Source: Candidatus Liptonbacteria bacterium (GTDB taxonomy: Bacteria > Patescibacteriota > Minisyncoccia > UBA6257 > 2-01-FULL-56-20). Taken from it: a stretch of 64,000 nucleotides of DNA. The notes beneath the pieces are model-generated. The model did no database searches. It saw nothing but the letters and a program-made list of their open reading frames with translations, and was not told the DNA's origin. The position numbers were made by a program, and so were the translations under genes. Each line of letters starts with the position of its first letter. Position 1 is the first letter of the stretch. Of the stretch, positions 10,307 through 19,765 are shown piece after piece. The stretch is taken from positions 4,080-68,079 of the forward strand of contig JACRFR010000018.1 in the NCBI GenBank assembly GCA_016212635.1, given 5' to 3'.

Positions 10307-10319
10307 GGGGAGTTAAGTG

Positions 10320-10503
10320 GAACCCATCTCCAAAGTAGGAAATTAATAAAGGTAGAGGAAGGGATTTTGCCCAAAATGGTTATTTTCGGCTGCAAAACCT
10401 GAAAACCTCCTAGAAATAGCTACGGCTATTCCTTCGTCAGTTTTCATGTTTTTCGCTCGAAAATTTCTCATTTTGGCCTAAAACCTACTTTGGAGATGGG
10501 TTC
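10320..10503. mobile_element. 184-bp MITE-like element with perfect 20-bp terminal inverted repeats
   Basis: GAACCCATCTCCAAAGTAGG (10320-10339) and CCTACTTTGGAGATGGGTTC (10484-10503); no clear TSD. Confidence 0.7.
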
Positions 10504-11847
10504 TAGCTCTATAGTTTCATTTTCCCGAGGCACACGGCTGGTCGCGCCCAGGTCGTGGTGAATTTTGCCGGCCAGGGTCTCGCTGGCTCCCGCCTCCCCC
10601 TGAACCACGAACACGCTTTGGAGCGCGGCGGCTCGGGGGCGGAGCCAAGACAAGAGGCGCGGCTGGTCGGCGTGCGCGGAATAAGCAGTGATCGAACGGC
10701 GCTCGCAGCGGATCGGCACTCGTTCCCCGAAGATGTGAACCTCCGGAGCGCCTTCCATTATTTGGCGGCCCAGGGAGGACACCGATTGATAACCCACAAA
10801 GAGAATCATACTTTGGGGATCGGGGAGGTAGCGCAGCTCGTGGTGGAGAATGCGGCCGCCTTGGGACATGCCGGAACCGGCAATAATGATCTTGGGCGGC
10901 GGCACATTATTGATGTCTTTGGACTGTTCCGTGGTCAGAGTCAGGCGCAACCCGGGAAAGTTTAAGATGTCGTCTCCGGAGCGAACCAGGCTGGAGGCTT
11001 CGCGATTGAAATAATTCTCGTATTTCTTGTAAACGGCGGTCATTTTGATCGCGAGCGGGCTGTCCAGAAACACCGGCACCCGAGGCACGCCGCGATGCTC
11101 AAAGGCCTCGTTCAAATGATACAAGATTTCTTGGGTCCGTTCGAGAGCGAAGGTGGGGATTAGGAGGGTGCCACGGCGAGCTATGGTGTCGCGCACGGCC
11201 TGCTCCAAGTCTTCTTGCCGGTTCGCTTCGCGCTCATGGACCCGGTCCCCATAGGCAGATTCAACCACGCAATGATCCGCCTCGGGCATGGGTTCGGTGG
11301 ATCGGACAATGGGCGCGGGACTGTTGCCCAGGTCGCCGGAGAAAACAATGGTGCGTTCGCGCGAGCGGATTTGGATAAAAGCAGAACCGAGAATGTGACC
11401 GGCATCGAAAAACTCCACATTGAACGGGCCGAGGGTAAGCGACTGGTGATACGGCAACGGCAACCACCGCTGCATAGTTCGATCCACGCTATCGATGGAG
11501 CATAAAGGGGAGCTGGCTTCGCGTTCCGCCTCTTTGCACAACACGTGCTCCGAGTCGATCAGGATAAGTTCCGCCAGGTCGCGGGTGGGCGGGGTGGAAT
11601 AGATCGAGCCGCGGAATCCCTCCCCGACCAGCTTGGGCAGGCGTCCCACATGATCCAGGTGCGCGTGAGTTACCAGCAGGGCGTTGATGTCCCGCGGCTG
11701 GAAGGCAAAAGGTTGGAAGTTTTCCCTCTCCGCAAAGTGACCGCCTTGGATCAGTCCGCAGTCGACCATCAGTCGAAAACCCCCCGATTCCAAGAGATAG
11801 TTGGCGCCGGTGACGCTCCCCGCTCCGCCGTAAAAAGTGATGCACAT
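10468..11847 (-). CDS. MBL-fold beta-CASP ribonuclease
   Basis: THAHLDHVG, AGHILGS, VFSGDLG, SGMSQGGRI, YSAHAD. Confidence 0.9.
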   Translation of the reverse strand: MCITFYGGAGSVTGANYLLESGGFRLMVDCGLIQGGHFAERENFQPFAFQPRDINALLVTHAHLDHVGRLPKLVGEGFRGSIYSTPPTRDLAELILIDSEHVLCKEAEREASSPLCSIDSVDRTMQRWLPLPYHQSLTLGPFNVEFFDAGHILGSAFIQIRSRERTIVFSGDLGNSPAPIVRSTEPMPEADHCVVESAYGDRVHEREANRQEDLEQAVRDTIARRGTLLIPTFALERTQEILYHLNEAFEHRGVPRVPVFLDSPLAIKMTAVYKKYENYFNREASSLVRSGDDILNFPGLRLTLTTEQSKDINNVPPPKIIIAGSGMSQGGRILHHELRYLPDPQSMILFVGYQSVSSLGRQIMEGAPEVHIFGERVPIRCERRSITAYSAHADQPRLLSWLRPRAAALQSVFVVQGEAGASETLAGKIHHDLGATSRVPRENETIELEPISKVGFRPK

Positions 11848-11928
11848 GAACGGTTAACCCCACCTCACCTCCCCTAAGATAAGGGGAGGGACTAAGAACG
11901 GGTGTTTCTTAATTCAAGGTATTATAAG

Positions 11929-13281
11929 TCATGCTAACGGCTGGCGGAAGCCCATAGCTTTTAACGCCTCAGTCGCGACCGCGCGCTCATCCCAGCCAAC
12001 TTTGCGACCATTTATTTTCATCGCCGTTTCGCCGCCTTTGCCCGCCAGGAGCACCAGGTCTCCCGGCTCCGCCAGCGCCAGGGCTTTAGCTATCGCCTCC
12101 TTACGATCCACGATCTTAAAAATATTCTCGCCCAGTTTGCGCCGAGGATTTTGGAGCGCGCCTGCCGCCACCTGATCGATGATCAACGCCGGGTCTTCCT
12201 GGTAGGGATCGTCGGTGGTCACCACGATCACATCCGCGCCCCGGTCGGCGACCTCTCCCATGGCCGGCCGCTGCCAGCGGTCGCGGTGACCGGCGGCAAT
12301 ACCAGTCAAGACAATAGTCCGTCGGGGTTGGTAAATTCGGGTGGCGGCGAGCGCGGCCGCAAGACCGCTGGGATCGTAGGCGTAATCGATCAGGACCCGG
12401 AAGGGTTGCCCCAGCTTAAGTTCTTCCATGCGGCCCGCCACCGGCTCCGCCGCGGCCAGCGCCGCGCCGATCACGTTCCAAGACAAGCCGTGCGCCCGAG
12501 CGGCGGCCGCCGCGGCCAGCGAGTTTGCCGCGTTAAACTCCCCCACTAAACGAGTGGTTAGAACGATGCCATTTACAGAAAGACTGGTCCCGGCGGGGCC
12601 GAGTTCCAGGCGGTCGGCCAGTAATACCTCGGCCATTTGATCGCGGGCCGCGGCGCCTACGGCGGGGTTGCCGGTATCCAGGTAATAGCCGTACTTCGTG
12701 GCAACCGGAACCGCCAGAAAGTATTCGGCGTGGGCGTCGGCCAAGTTGTAAATTCCCACAGAACCCGGGCGGCGGGCGATAAGTTCGAACAGTTTGCGCT
12801 TGGCGGCGCGATAATTTTCCAGGCCGCCATGCTGATCCAGATGTTCCGGGTAAAGATTAGTGATCAGCGCGGCGTGATAGCGGATGAAACGGTGGCGATA
12901 CTGCCGGATGCCTTCCGAGGAGGTTTCGACTACGGCGTGGGTGCACCCGGCCCGGACCATGGCCCGGAGTAATTTCTGAAGCTGGAATCGTCCCAGCATG
13001 GTTTGGCGCGTGGTATTGCTCCACTCCCGATCTCGGATCCGGAAGTTGACCGTGGTTGCCAGACCGGTGGGCATCCCGGCCGCGTTTAAAATATGTGCGA
13101 TGAGATTGCAAGTGGTAGTCTTGCCTTTGGTGCCGGTCACCCCGATCACGGTCAAGCGGCGGGACGGAAAACCGTAAACCAGCGCGCCCAGAAAAGCCAG
13201 GGTCAGGTGATAAGCCGACAATAAAAACGGCAATCGGTACAGATACCGGACACCCGGAATTCGCTTTATTTTATCTAGCAT
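11929..13281 (-). CDS. murE: UDP-N-acetylmuramyl-tripeptide synthetase (MurE-like Mur ligase)
   Basis: GVTGTKGKTTT P-loop, VVETSSEG, EHLDQHG, GRME, LLAGKGGE. Confidence 0.8.
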   Translation of the reverse strand: MLDKIKRIPGVRYLYRLPFLLSAYHLTLAFLGALVYGFPSRRLTVIGVTGTKGKTTTCNLIAHILNAAGMPTGLATTVNFRIRDREWSNTTRQTMLGRFQLQKLLRAMVRAGCTHAVVETSSEGIRQYRHRFIRYHAALITNLYPEHLDQHGGLENYRAAKRKLFELIARRPGSVGIYNLADAHAEYFLAVPVATKYGYYLDTGNPAVGAAARDQMAEVLLADRLELGPAGTSLSVNGIVLTTRLVGEFNAANSLAAAAAARAHGLSWNVIGAALAAAEPVAGRMEELKLGQPFRVLIDYAYDPSGLAAALAATRIYQPRRTIVLTGIAAGHRDRWQRPAMGEVADRGADVIVVTTDDPYQEDPALIIDQVAAGALQNPRRKLGENIFKIVDRKEAIAKALALAEPGDLVLLAGKGGETAMKINGRKVGWDERAVATEALKAMGFRQPLA

Positions 13282-13291
13282 TTTTGGTTGA

Positions 13292-13320
13292 TTGCGGCTG
13301 TGGATAACTTGGTGTATAAT
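13292..13320 (+). promoter_or_regulatory. Sigma70-like promoter containing TGTGGATAA, convergent to DUF3800 gene
   Basis: TTGCGG-N17-TATAAT; TGTGGATAACT lies in the spacer. Confidence 0.55.
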
Positions 13321-13326
13321 AGGTCT

Positions 13327-13399
13327 ACCAACAGGTGAGTCCCTACTCGTGAGGTACCGGAGGGTTCCTCTATATAGCGGGTGGGGCTCTGTTGTTTTT
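13327..13399 (+). ncRNA. Candidate ~70-nt structured RNA convergent with DUF3800 gene
   Basis: AACAG..GAGTCCCTACTCG pairs with CGGGTGGGGCTCTGTT (with G-U), inner GAGG/CCTC hairpin, U-tract ending at the DUF3800 stop codon. Confidence 0.5.
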
Positions 13400-14039
13400 A
13401 AGGAAATAGGGGATTTTCTTCCACGATTTTCTGGCGAATGAGATTGTAGTAAGTATCGTCTCCGTACTCATACTTACGAAAGATGGCCCAAGAAGCAAAA
13501 TCTACGATTTGCAGGCTTGCTTCTTCTCTGGTTGATTTTATCTCTGCGGTCAGGCGCAGGGCATGGTTGCGTTCGGTCTGTTGTGCGAGGTACCACTTAA
13601 AGTTCTCGTTTAAAAACTTATTTGTCTGCCGGCGCGACGCGACGAGTGTGATTGGCTCATTTACCGGTAAAAGTTTCTTTCGATATATTCGATCGAGAAG
13701 TATGTTGGTAACGTAGTTGTATAAGACATCTTGTTCCGCTTGCAGATTGGTATATACCCGACGCTTATTAAGATAAATGCAAAGTATGCTGACGTCTTTC
13801 TCGGCCAAAAGCGAGAGGGTTTGGGTGCGCACTTTGGGTGATTCGTAGTGTGCGTGCAGTACGCCGACGTGCCGCTTCCTCTCACGTCCCGCTAGTGCGC
13901 GCCTGACTTTGCGCACGATTTTCTCCACCGGACCCTTGTGCGCGACAAAAAGCGCAGTGATTAAAAAATACTTAGTGGTTCGCTTTTTGGCGAAGTTAAA
14001 GCCCGAATCCCCGCTTTCATCCAGAAAGATGTGGACCAT
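13398..14039 (-). CDS. DUF3800 family protein
   Basis: N-terminal HIFLDESGD and C-terminal LQIVDFASWAIFRKYE (QxxD) signatures. Confidence 0.8.
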   Translation of the reverse strand: MVHIFLDESGDSGFNFAKKRTTKYFLITALFVAHKGPVEKIVRKVRRALAGRERKRHVGVLHAHYESPKVRTQTLSLLAEKDVSILCIYLNKRRVYTNLQAEQDVLYNYVTNILLDRIYRKKLLPVNEPITLVASRRQTNKFLNENFKWYLAQQTERNHALRLTAEIKSTREEASLQIVDFASWAIFRKYEYGDDTYYNLIRQKIVEENPLFP

Positions 14040-14041
14040 GT

Positions 14042-14210
14042 TTATCTTCCCGCAGATTGGTAGGCCGCGTCAATTTCTCTCTGCAATTCGAGAGTGCGCG
14101 TCAGGGCGGCGGCCGTGCGGCAGTAATGGGCGATATCTTCCGCCGTGAGCCCGCGCCCCGCCCGGCTTGGCGGTTTTGTAAACCTCGGCGCTGTAGTGGG
14201 ATAATGACAT
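14042..14210 (-). pseudogene. Internally deleted relic of a type ISP-like R-M/N6-methylase gene
   Basis: ATG right after the ruvA stop gives MSLSHYSAEVYKTAKPGGAR. A shifted frame gives GRGLTAEDIAHYCRTAAALTRTLELQREIDAAYQSAGR*, resembling the type ISP C-terminus. Confidence 0.55.
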
Positions 14211-14212
14211 AT

Positions 14213-14797
14213 CTAACGCGGCGGGTTCAAAATTTTAAGCGCGGCGCGGAGACGATCTTCCAAGTTAACCAGGGATTGGTCCACCCGGCCCAGGGCGGAC
14301 TTGGCGTCCTCCCGACGATAACCCAATCCGGCCAAGGCCTCCACCAGGTCCGTATCCGTGCCCATGCGAGCGATAGTTTCCGCGCTTTCTGCCGCCGTCA
14401 CTTTGTTCCGCAGTTCCAGAATAATCCGCTCCGCGGTTTTACGGCCGACTCCCGCCGCGCGCGCCAGCGAGTCGGGACGATTCTCCTGGATCGCCGCCGC
14501 GAGTTCCTGCTGGGGCGCTACCTCTAAAATTGCCAGAGCGGACCGCGGGCCGACGCCGCTCACGGTGATCAGTAGCTCAAAAAAGGCGAGTTCCGGTTCC
14601 GATTCAAAACCGTATAAGGTAAAACCGTTGGCCTCGGTGAAGTGTTGATGGCACCAAACACGAAGCGAACCGCCCGGACTCGGAAACTTGAGAAGGTTGT
14701 GGGCCGGGGCGAAAACCTGGTAGCCCACTCCCTGGACGACAAGAACCAGGTAAGAGTCGGTTTTTTTGAGCACTTGGCCCTCTAGCGTGCAAATCAT
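14213..14797 (-). CDS. ruvA: Holliday junction branch migration protein RuvA
   Basis: MICTLEG, GVGYQV, LYGF, VSGVGPRSAL, GVGRKTAERIILEL, ALAGLGY. Confidence 0.95.
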   Translation of the reverse strand: MICTLEGQVLKKTDSYLVLVVQGVGYQVFAPAHNLLKFPSPGGSLRVWCHQHFTEANGFTLYGFESEPELAFFELLITVSGVGPRSALAILEVAPQQELAAAIQENRPDSLARAAGVGRKTAERIILELRNKVTAAESAETIARMGTDTDLVEALAGLGYRREDAKSALGRVDQSLVNLEDRLRAALKILNPPR

Positions 14798-15013
14798 GCG
14801 AGTAGCATAAAGTTCGGCGGGAGAATATGAAGCAGCGGGCAAGAAGTTAAAATTAAGAATAGGGGTGTAAATTAAATGTTTGGAGGGCGGGCCTCCACAA
14901 TCCGAGGCCCGACCTCGAAAATGTTGCAAATTCTCGCTGGGCCGGTATACTGTTCTCGTCGTTTACCTCGGCCCCCTATATTCTATATCCTAACTTCTAA
15001 ATTCTCTATCGCC

Positions 15014-15301
15014 ATGCCCAACACTGCCTCCGCCCGTAAGGCTCTGCGACAAAGCGCCCGCCGGCACACGCGCAATACCGCCCGGCTGCGCACTTATCGG
15101 CAGCTGGCCAAAGACCTGCGGAAACTCACAACGGCTAAATCTTCCGAGGCGGCGGCCCTACTGCCTAAGGTATACCAAGCGATCGACAAGGCGGCCAAGG
15201 CACGGGCCATAAAAGCGAATAAGGCGAGTCGGCTCAAGTCTCGCTTGGCCCGTCTGGTCAACCCCGCCAGAAGTGAAACCTCTAGAGCCATCTCTAATTG
15301 A
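15014..15301 (+). CDS. rpsT: 30S ribosomal protein S20
   Basis: MPNTASARKALRQSARRHTRN...IDKAAK...NKASRLKSRLA. Confidence 0.95.
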   Translation: MPNTASARKALRQSARRHTRNTARLRTYRQLAKDLRKLTTAKSSEAAALLPKVYQAIDKAAKARAIKANKASRLKSRLARLVNPARSETSRAISN

Positions 15302-15349
15302 CCGCTACTCGTGAATTAAAGCGAACGGGGAGCGCCACCCGAATTTCGG

Positions 15350-15385
15350 GAGGTCGGGCCTTGGGAATTCTTAAGGCCCGACCTC
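15350..15385. repeat. GAGGTCGGGCCTT-N10/11-AAGGCCCGACCTC palindrome family (also 16509-16545, 47602-47637, 54463-54499, degenerate 14883-14916)
   Basis: Five dispersed intergenic copies with conserved 13-bp stems, variable loops and a flanking GATGCAATTC-like tail. Confidence 0.85.
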
Positions 15386-15399
15386 GGATGCAATTCCGT

Positions 15400-16188
15400 T
15401 CAACTCATTACTAGATCCACCAAGGCCTCCTCGTAGTCCAGCTTACCGGACTTGATGGCCAAGTCGTACGCCGCGAACCGCGGCGTTTTTTCGCCCCCCT
15501 TCGCCGAGGCGATATAAAACAAACGGGCGGCCGGTTCGTTCTGCGCGAACATTTGTTCCAGCGCGGCCAAGCGGACGCGGAGGGCGGGGGCGTGGAGGCC
15601 AGTTAGAAGCTGCCAGAAGTCCCCGGTTTCTTCCACGCCCATTTCTTGGAGATCCGCCACGGTTAAATTCTTACGTCCCAGGTTGGCTAATTTATCCAGC
15701 TCGGTTGCTAGACGCCAGGTATCGTTTTGATGGGTTCGCGCCAGGAGCTCCACCGCCGCGTCCGCCGGGTGCAGACCGCGAGCCAGAAGCTCGCTCCGCA
15801 CAAAGGCCCGCCAAGGTGAACCTTTCAAGAACTCGAAGTGATCGGATCGGACCGGCGGTTGGGACAAAAAGGCCCAAGGCTTGCCTTTGGGCAGGGCGGC
15901 TTCGGTTAGAACAATGTGGGTCTTGGTTTGCTCGGCCAGGATCTTAAGCTGGGCTGCGCCGCGCGCATCCAGGTCTGCCAAACAGTTCGCCGCGGCGGCG
16001 ATGCGCGGCGCAGCGAATAGCGATTGCCCCCGAATAAATCCGAGAAACTCTCCGGCTGCGACCGGATCCTCGCTGCCGTCGAAACTGACCGCGCTCGCGC
16101 TGGGGTGCCCGGCTTGCAAGTCGGTCAATATTCTATCTCGCGCCGCGGACCGGCGGTAAGCATCCGGTCCGGATAGAAAAATGATCAT
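15400..16188 (-). CDS. holA: DNA polymerase III delta subunit
   Basis: MIIFLSGPDAYR, QSLFA, ELDKLA, DLAIKSGK; adjacent to rpsT. Confidence 0.8.
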   Translation of the reverse strand: MIIFLSGPDAYRRSAARDRILTDLQAGHPSASAVSFDGSEDPVAAGEFLGFIRGQSLFAAPRIAAAANCLADLDARGAAQLKILAEQTKTHIVLTEAALPKGKPWAFLSQPPVRSDHFEFLKGSPWRAFVRSELLARGLHPADAAVELLARTHQNDTWRLATELDKLANLGRKNLTVADLQEMGVEETGDFWQLLTGLHAPALRVRLAALEQMFAQNEPAARLFYIASAKGGEKTPRFAAYDLAIKSGKLDYEEALVDLVMS

Positions 16189-16191
16189 GGA

Positions 16192-16380
16192 TTAATGGCC
16201 TTGGGCGTCGCCGGTTTCCGAGTCGTCATCAGTGTCGTCCCACCGCCCCCCCCGACTGCCCACCTCCAGCTGGAAAAGCATGCGTCGGAGACGATGAACC
16301 GCCCGGGAGAGTTGCGCGATCTTTAGAACTAGAGACAAAATCACCACCAAAAGGATCAAAACAACCCAAAAGAGAAACAT
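16192..16380 (-). CDS. Small single-TM hypothetical protein
   Basis: Hydrophobic N-terminus and acidic tail; fills the gap in the operon. Confidence 0.5.
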   Translation of the reverse strand: MFLFWVVLILLVVILSLVLKIAQLSRAVHRLRRMLFQLEVGSRGGRWDDTDDDSETGDAQGH

Positions 16381-16565
16381 GGTGATTAAAGCATACCGCC
16401 TCCCAGCAGGGCGGGCAACTGCGTTCGGGCCTTGTTTTACGGGCCTAGAATCACCCGGCGCAATTTGATGCCATTTCCAATTAGCCCGTACCCGGAAGAA
16501 TTGCAGCCGAGGTCGGGCCTTAAGGATTCCTCAAGGCCCGACCTCTTCCCGACCCCTCCCTAATT

Positions 16566-18263
16566 TCATCCGGCTCGCTTCTTGATACTGGCCTTAATAA
16601 ATTCCACAAACAGCGGGTGGGGCGATAAAGGCCGGCTCTTAAACTCCGGATGAAATTGAGTGCCGAGGAAGAAGGGATGTTTAGACCGGGGCAGTTCGAA
16701 GATTTCCATGAGTCGTCTGTCTGGCGAACGGCCGGAAAAAACGCCGCCGGCTTTTTCGATCTTCTCGATGTAGTCCGGATTCACCTCGTAGCGGTGACGG
16801 TGACGCTCGGAGATTAGCATGCCGCTTAGGGCAGATGGTTTATTGCCATGCTTTAGGGATTTAGACTGGGCGTCTTTCTTGTTCTTACTATACGCCATAT
16901 GCGCTATGCTCTTTGCTTGTAAGACCGCGGGGTAGGCGCCCAGGCGCATGGAGCCGCCATAGTCCTTGCGCGCCAGCTTCTCGCGCTGTTCCGGCAGGAT
17001 GTCGATCACGGGATGGGGTGTTTCAGAATCGATCTCGGTGGTATGGGCGGATTTCAACCCCGCCACGTGGCGCGCGAACTCCACCACCGCCAACTGCATG
17101 CCGTAGCACAGACCCAAATACGGAATTTTATGCTTGCGCGCGTATTCTACCACTCGGATTATGCCCTCTACTCCCCTACTACCAAATCCTCCGGGCACGA
17201 CTATGCCGCTATATCTCGCGAGCTCGCGAAGCTTCTTTGGGTCTTTTTCGAATTGCTCACTGTCAACCCAGCTAAATTTAGGAAGGGCTGCGTTGGCGTA
17301 ACACGCATGTTTGATCGCCTCCAAAACAGAGATGTATGAATCGGTCAAGACAAAATTTCCGGTCCCGAAGTATTTACCCACAATCGCGATATCCGCTGTT
17401 CGCGAGGCGGTTCGCACGGTTCGTTCCAACTTTCGCCACCCCGTAAGATCAGTGACGCGCGATCTTAGGCCCAGTTTCTTAAGTATTTTCGATCCCAATT
17501 CGTCTTTCTCAAAATTCAGGGGAATTTGATAGATGTTCTGGACGTCGGGCGCCGAGATCACAGAGCCTTTCTCGAGACCGCACATAAACTCCAGTTTTTC
17601 TTTCCGCTTCTCATCCAGGGGTACCGCCGCCCGACCAAAAACAAAATCGGGGCGCAGCCCCACGGAATTTAAACTTCGAACTGCGTGCTGAGTGGGCTTG
17701 GTTTTGAGCTCATTGCCTCCCGAACCGAGGGAGGGGATGTAGCTAACCAGGGCTAGGAGGACATCTTCGGGCTTCTTGAATTTTAATAAGCGGACTGCCT
17801 CCAGGAATAACACGTTTTGATAATCACCGATTGTGCCTCCAATTTCGATAATGACCACATCCGCCTGTTTTTTCTTTCCTGCCAAATTAATCTTTTTAAT
17901 AACTTCCAGGGGGATATCGGGTACCACGTGGACACATCGTCCTCCAAAACCCAGGTTGCGTTCCCGGGTAATGACTTCGAGGTAAACACTGCCGGTGGTC
18001 ATGTAGTTGGCGCGGCTAAAATCCAAATCCAAAAACCGCTCGTAATTACCCATATCCTGATCGCACTCCGTGCCATCATCCAAAACATAAACTTCCCCAT
18101 GTTCGGTGGGATTCATGGTACCCGCGTCCACGTTCACATAAGGGTCGATTTTTATTGCTGTCACCGCGAGGCCTCGCGCCTGCAACACCTTGCCGATGGA
18201 AGCCGCCGCAACTCCCTTGCCGACACTAGACATAACACCGCCGGCTACAAATATGTACTTCAT
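16566..18263 (-). CDS. pyrG: CTP synthase
   Basis: KYIFVAGGVMSSVGKG, KIDPYVNVDAGTMNP, GLCYGMQ, ERHRHRYE, QFHPEF. Confidence 0.98.
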   Translation of the reverse strand: MKYIFVAGGVMSSVGKGVAAASIGKVLQARGLAVTAIKIDPYVNVDAGTMNPTEHGEVYVLDDGTECDQDMGNYERFLDLDFSRANYMTTGSVYLEVITRERNLGFGGRCVHVVPDIPLEVIKKINLAGKKKQADVVIIEIGGTIGDYQNVLFLEAVRLLKFKKPEDVLLALVSYIPSLGSGGNELKTKPTQHAVRSLNSVGLRPDFVFGRAAVPLDEKRKEKLEFMCGLEKGSVISAPDVQNIYQIPLNFEKDELGSKILKKLGLRSRVTDLTGWRKLERTVRTASRTADIAIVGKYFGTGNFVLTDSYISVLEAIKHACYANAALPKFSWVDSEQFEKDPKKLRELARYSGIVVPGGFGSRGVEGIIRVVEYARKHKIPYLGLCYGMQLAVVEFARHVAGLKSAHTTEIDSETPHPVIDILPEQREKLARKDYGGSMRLGAYPAVLQAKSIAHMAYSKNKKDAQSKSLKHGNKPSALSGMLISERHRHRYEVNPDYIEKIEKAGGVFSGRSPDRRLMEIFELPRSKHPFFLGTQFHPEFKSRPLSPHPLFVEFIKASIKKRAG

Positions 18264-18300
18264 GATGTAGATATGCTTGAAGAATAGCGCATGCGAACTA

Positions 18301-18343
18301 CCCCGCCTCGCCTCCCCTTAGCAAGGGGAGGAATCGAGGGGTC
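18301..18343. repeat. CCTCCCCT-N-AAGGGGAGG hairpin family (also ~11857-11890, 32676-32719, 54404-54445, 59489-59567, and in frame at 63050-63091)
   Basis: Multiple dispersed copies with the same stem and purine-rich tail. Confidence 0.75.
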
Positions 18344-18385
18344 AAGTTCGTATCATTAGTACCATTTGTATATTGGTATCGTTTC

Positions 18386-19711
18386 TCATAGATCCGCGGG
18401 GATCTCGTGGCTGGGCGCCAGCTTGGGATCGGTCGGCAGGGTAAAAGAGAAAATGCTGCCTCGGTTGACTTCGGATTGGATGCTAAACTCCCCGCCGTGC
18501 GCCTTGATGATACTCTGAACGATAAATAAACCCAAGCCCGAGCCTTTGGTTTCGTATTTCAGGGCGTTTTCCGCGCGGAAGAATTTTTGTCCGATCTTGT
18601 CCAGCTCCTGCGGCGGGATGCCGATCCCGGTGTCGCGCACGGACAGTTTTTGGTAGGGGCGATCGGGCAGCTGTTCCAGCTTAACGATGATTTCCCCGTC
18701 TTTGATGTTGTAACGCACCGCATTTTCCAGCAGATTATTGATCACAATGGAGAGTTTTTGGGAATCTGCGATTGCGGGCGGCAATGGATCTTTGGGCCGA
18801 TCGAAGTACAATTTGAGGCCGGCTTGTTGGACCAGGGGTAAAAGCTGGGTCATAAGCTTGTCCGCCAGGGCGGCGAGATCCAGCGGTTCTTTCTGGTAGC
18901 CAAAGTGGCCCTCTTCGATTTTGGCAATGGACAGCAGGTCTTCGGTAATTTTCGCCAATTCCCGGCTGGATCCCAGAGTGGCTTGAATAATGGTTTGCGC
19001 GCCGGGGTTCAGAGTAGAGTCGCTCGCGAGCGCCTCCAGGGCCCAAATAATTTCCGTGATGGGCGTACGCAGTTGATGCGAAGCTACGGTGATAAAGTCA
19101 TTTTTGGAGCGGATCGACGCCAATTCCCGAGTGCGGTCGTGGACGATCTTAACAAACCCAATCAGGTTGCCCGATTCGTCGCGGATCAGCGAGGTTGCCA
19201 CCCGGAGTTCCATCGCGGGCAACTCGAAAGACAGGTCGATTATCTCCGGATAGGTACCGGCCTCGGAGCGGGGCGCCATCACGGGCGCGAGCGCCGGGTA
19301 GATAACTTGGGTCAGGCGCTGCAGTTCCGGCTTTTGGGCATCCCGCGGTTCGATCTTTTGCCGCACAACTTGGTCCGCGGTCACGCGAAACAACTTCTCG
19401 GCCGCGGGATTAAAGAAAATGATCCGGAAACTTGGGTCATAAGCGATCAGGGCGTCGCTCAAGCCGAATATAATATGGCGCAATTCGTTTTGCTCCCGCG
19501 TCACCTCCGGGCCCAGCGCCGCGGCGCGGCCAGTCTGGATAAAAGCCAGTCCGCCCAAGACCAGGAGCACAATCATGCCCAAATATCGCCAGGGGGCGGG
19601 CAGCCAAGCCAGCCCAATTAGAACCATCGCCCAGAGCGGGAGGGAAAACCAAAACACCCGCATGGCAGGCAAACGGATCGCTTCTTGTATTTGTTGACGC
19701 AATTTATCCAT
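18386..19711 (-). CDS. Membrane PAS-domain sensor histidine kinase
   Basis: Two TM helices, PAS (FNPAAEKLF), H-box ASHQLRTP, NLLENAVRY, DTGIGI, GSGLGL. Start set at MDKLRQ because the longer ORF runs into the MITE. Confidence 0.9.
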   Translation of the reverse strand: MDKLRQQIQEAIRLPAMRVFWFSLPLWAMVLIGLAWLPAPWRYLGMIVLLVLGGLAFIQTGRAAALGPEVTREQNELRHIIFGLSDALIAYDPSFRIIFFNPAAEKLFRVTADQVVRQKIEPRDAQKPELQRLTQVIYPALAPVMAPRSEAGTYPEIIDLSFELPAMELRVATSLIRDESGNLIGFVKIVHDRTRELASIRSKNDFITVASHQLRTPITEIIWALEALASDSTLNPGAQTIIQATLGSSRELAKITEDLLSIAKIEEGHFGYQKEPLDLAALADKLMTQLLPLVQQAGLKLYFDRPKDPLPPAIADSQKLSIVINNLLENAVRYNIKDGEIIVKLEQLPDRPYQKLSVRDTGIGIPPQELDKIGQKFFRAENALKYETKGSGLGLFIVQSIIKAHGGEFSIQSEVNRGSIFSFTLPTDPKLAPSHEIPADL

Positions 19712-19765
19712 AACCAGATCAACCGTGCAGCTCGAGATGGCCCCAGTCCTTCCCGGTACAGACCT

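Noticed and set aside
16820-16895. PyrG loop insertion (KNKKDAQSKSLKHGNKPSALSGML) as a repeat-derived element
   Set aside because: It looks like an insertion, but I could not match it to any repeat family in the window.
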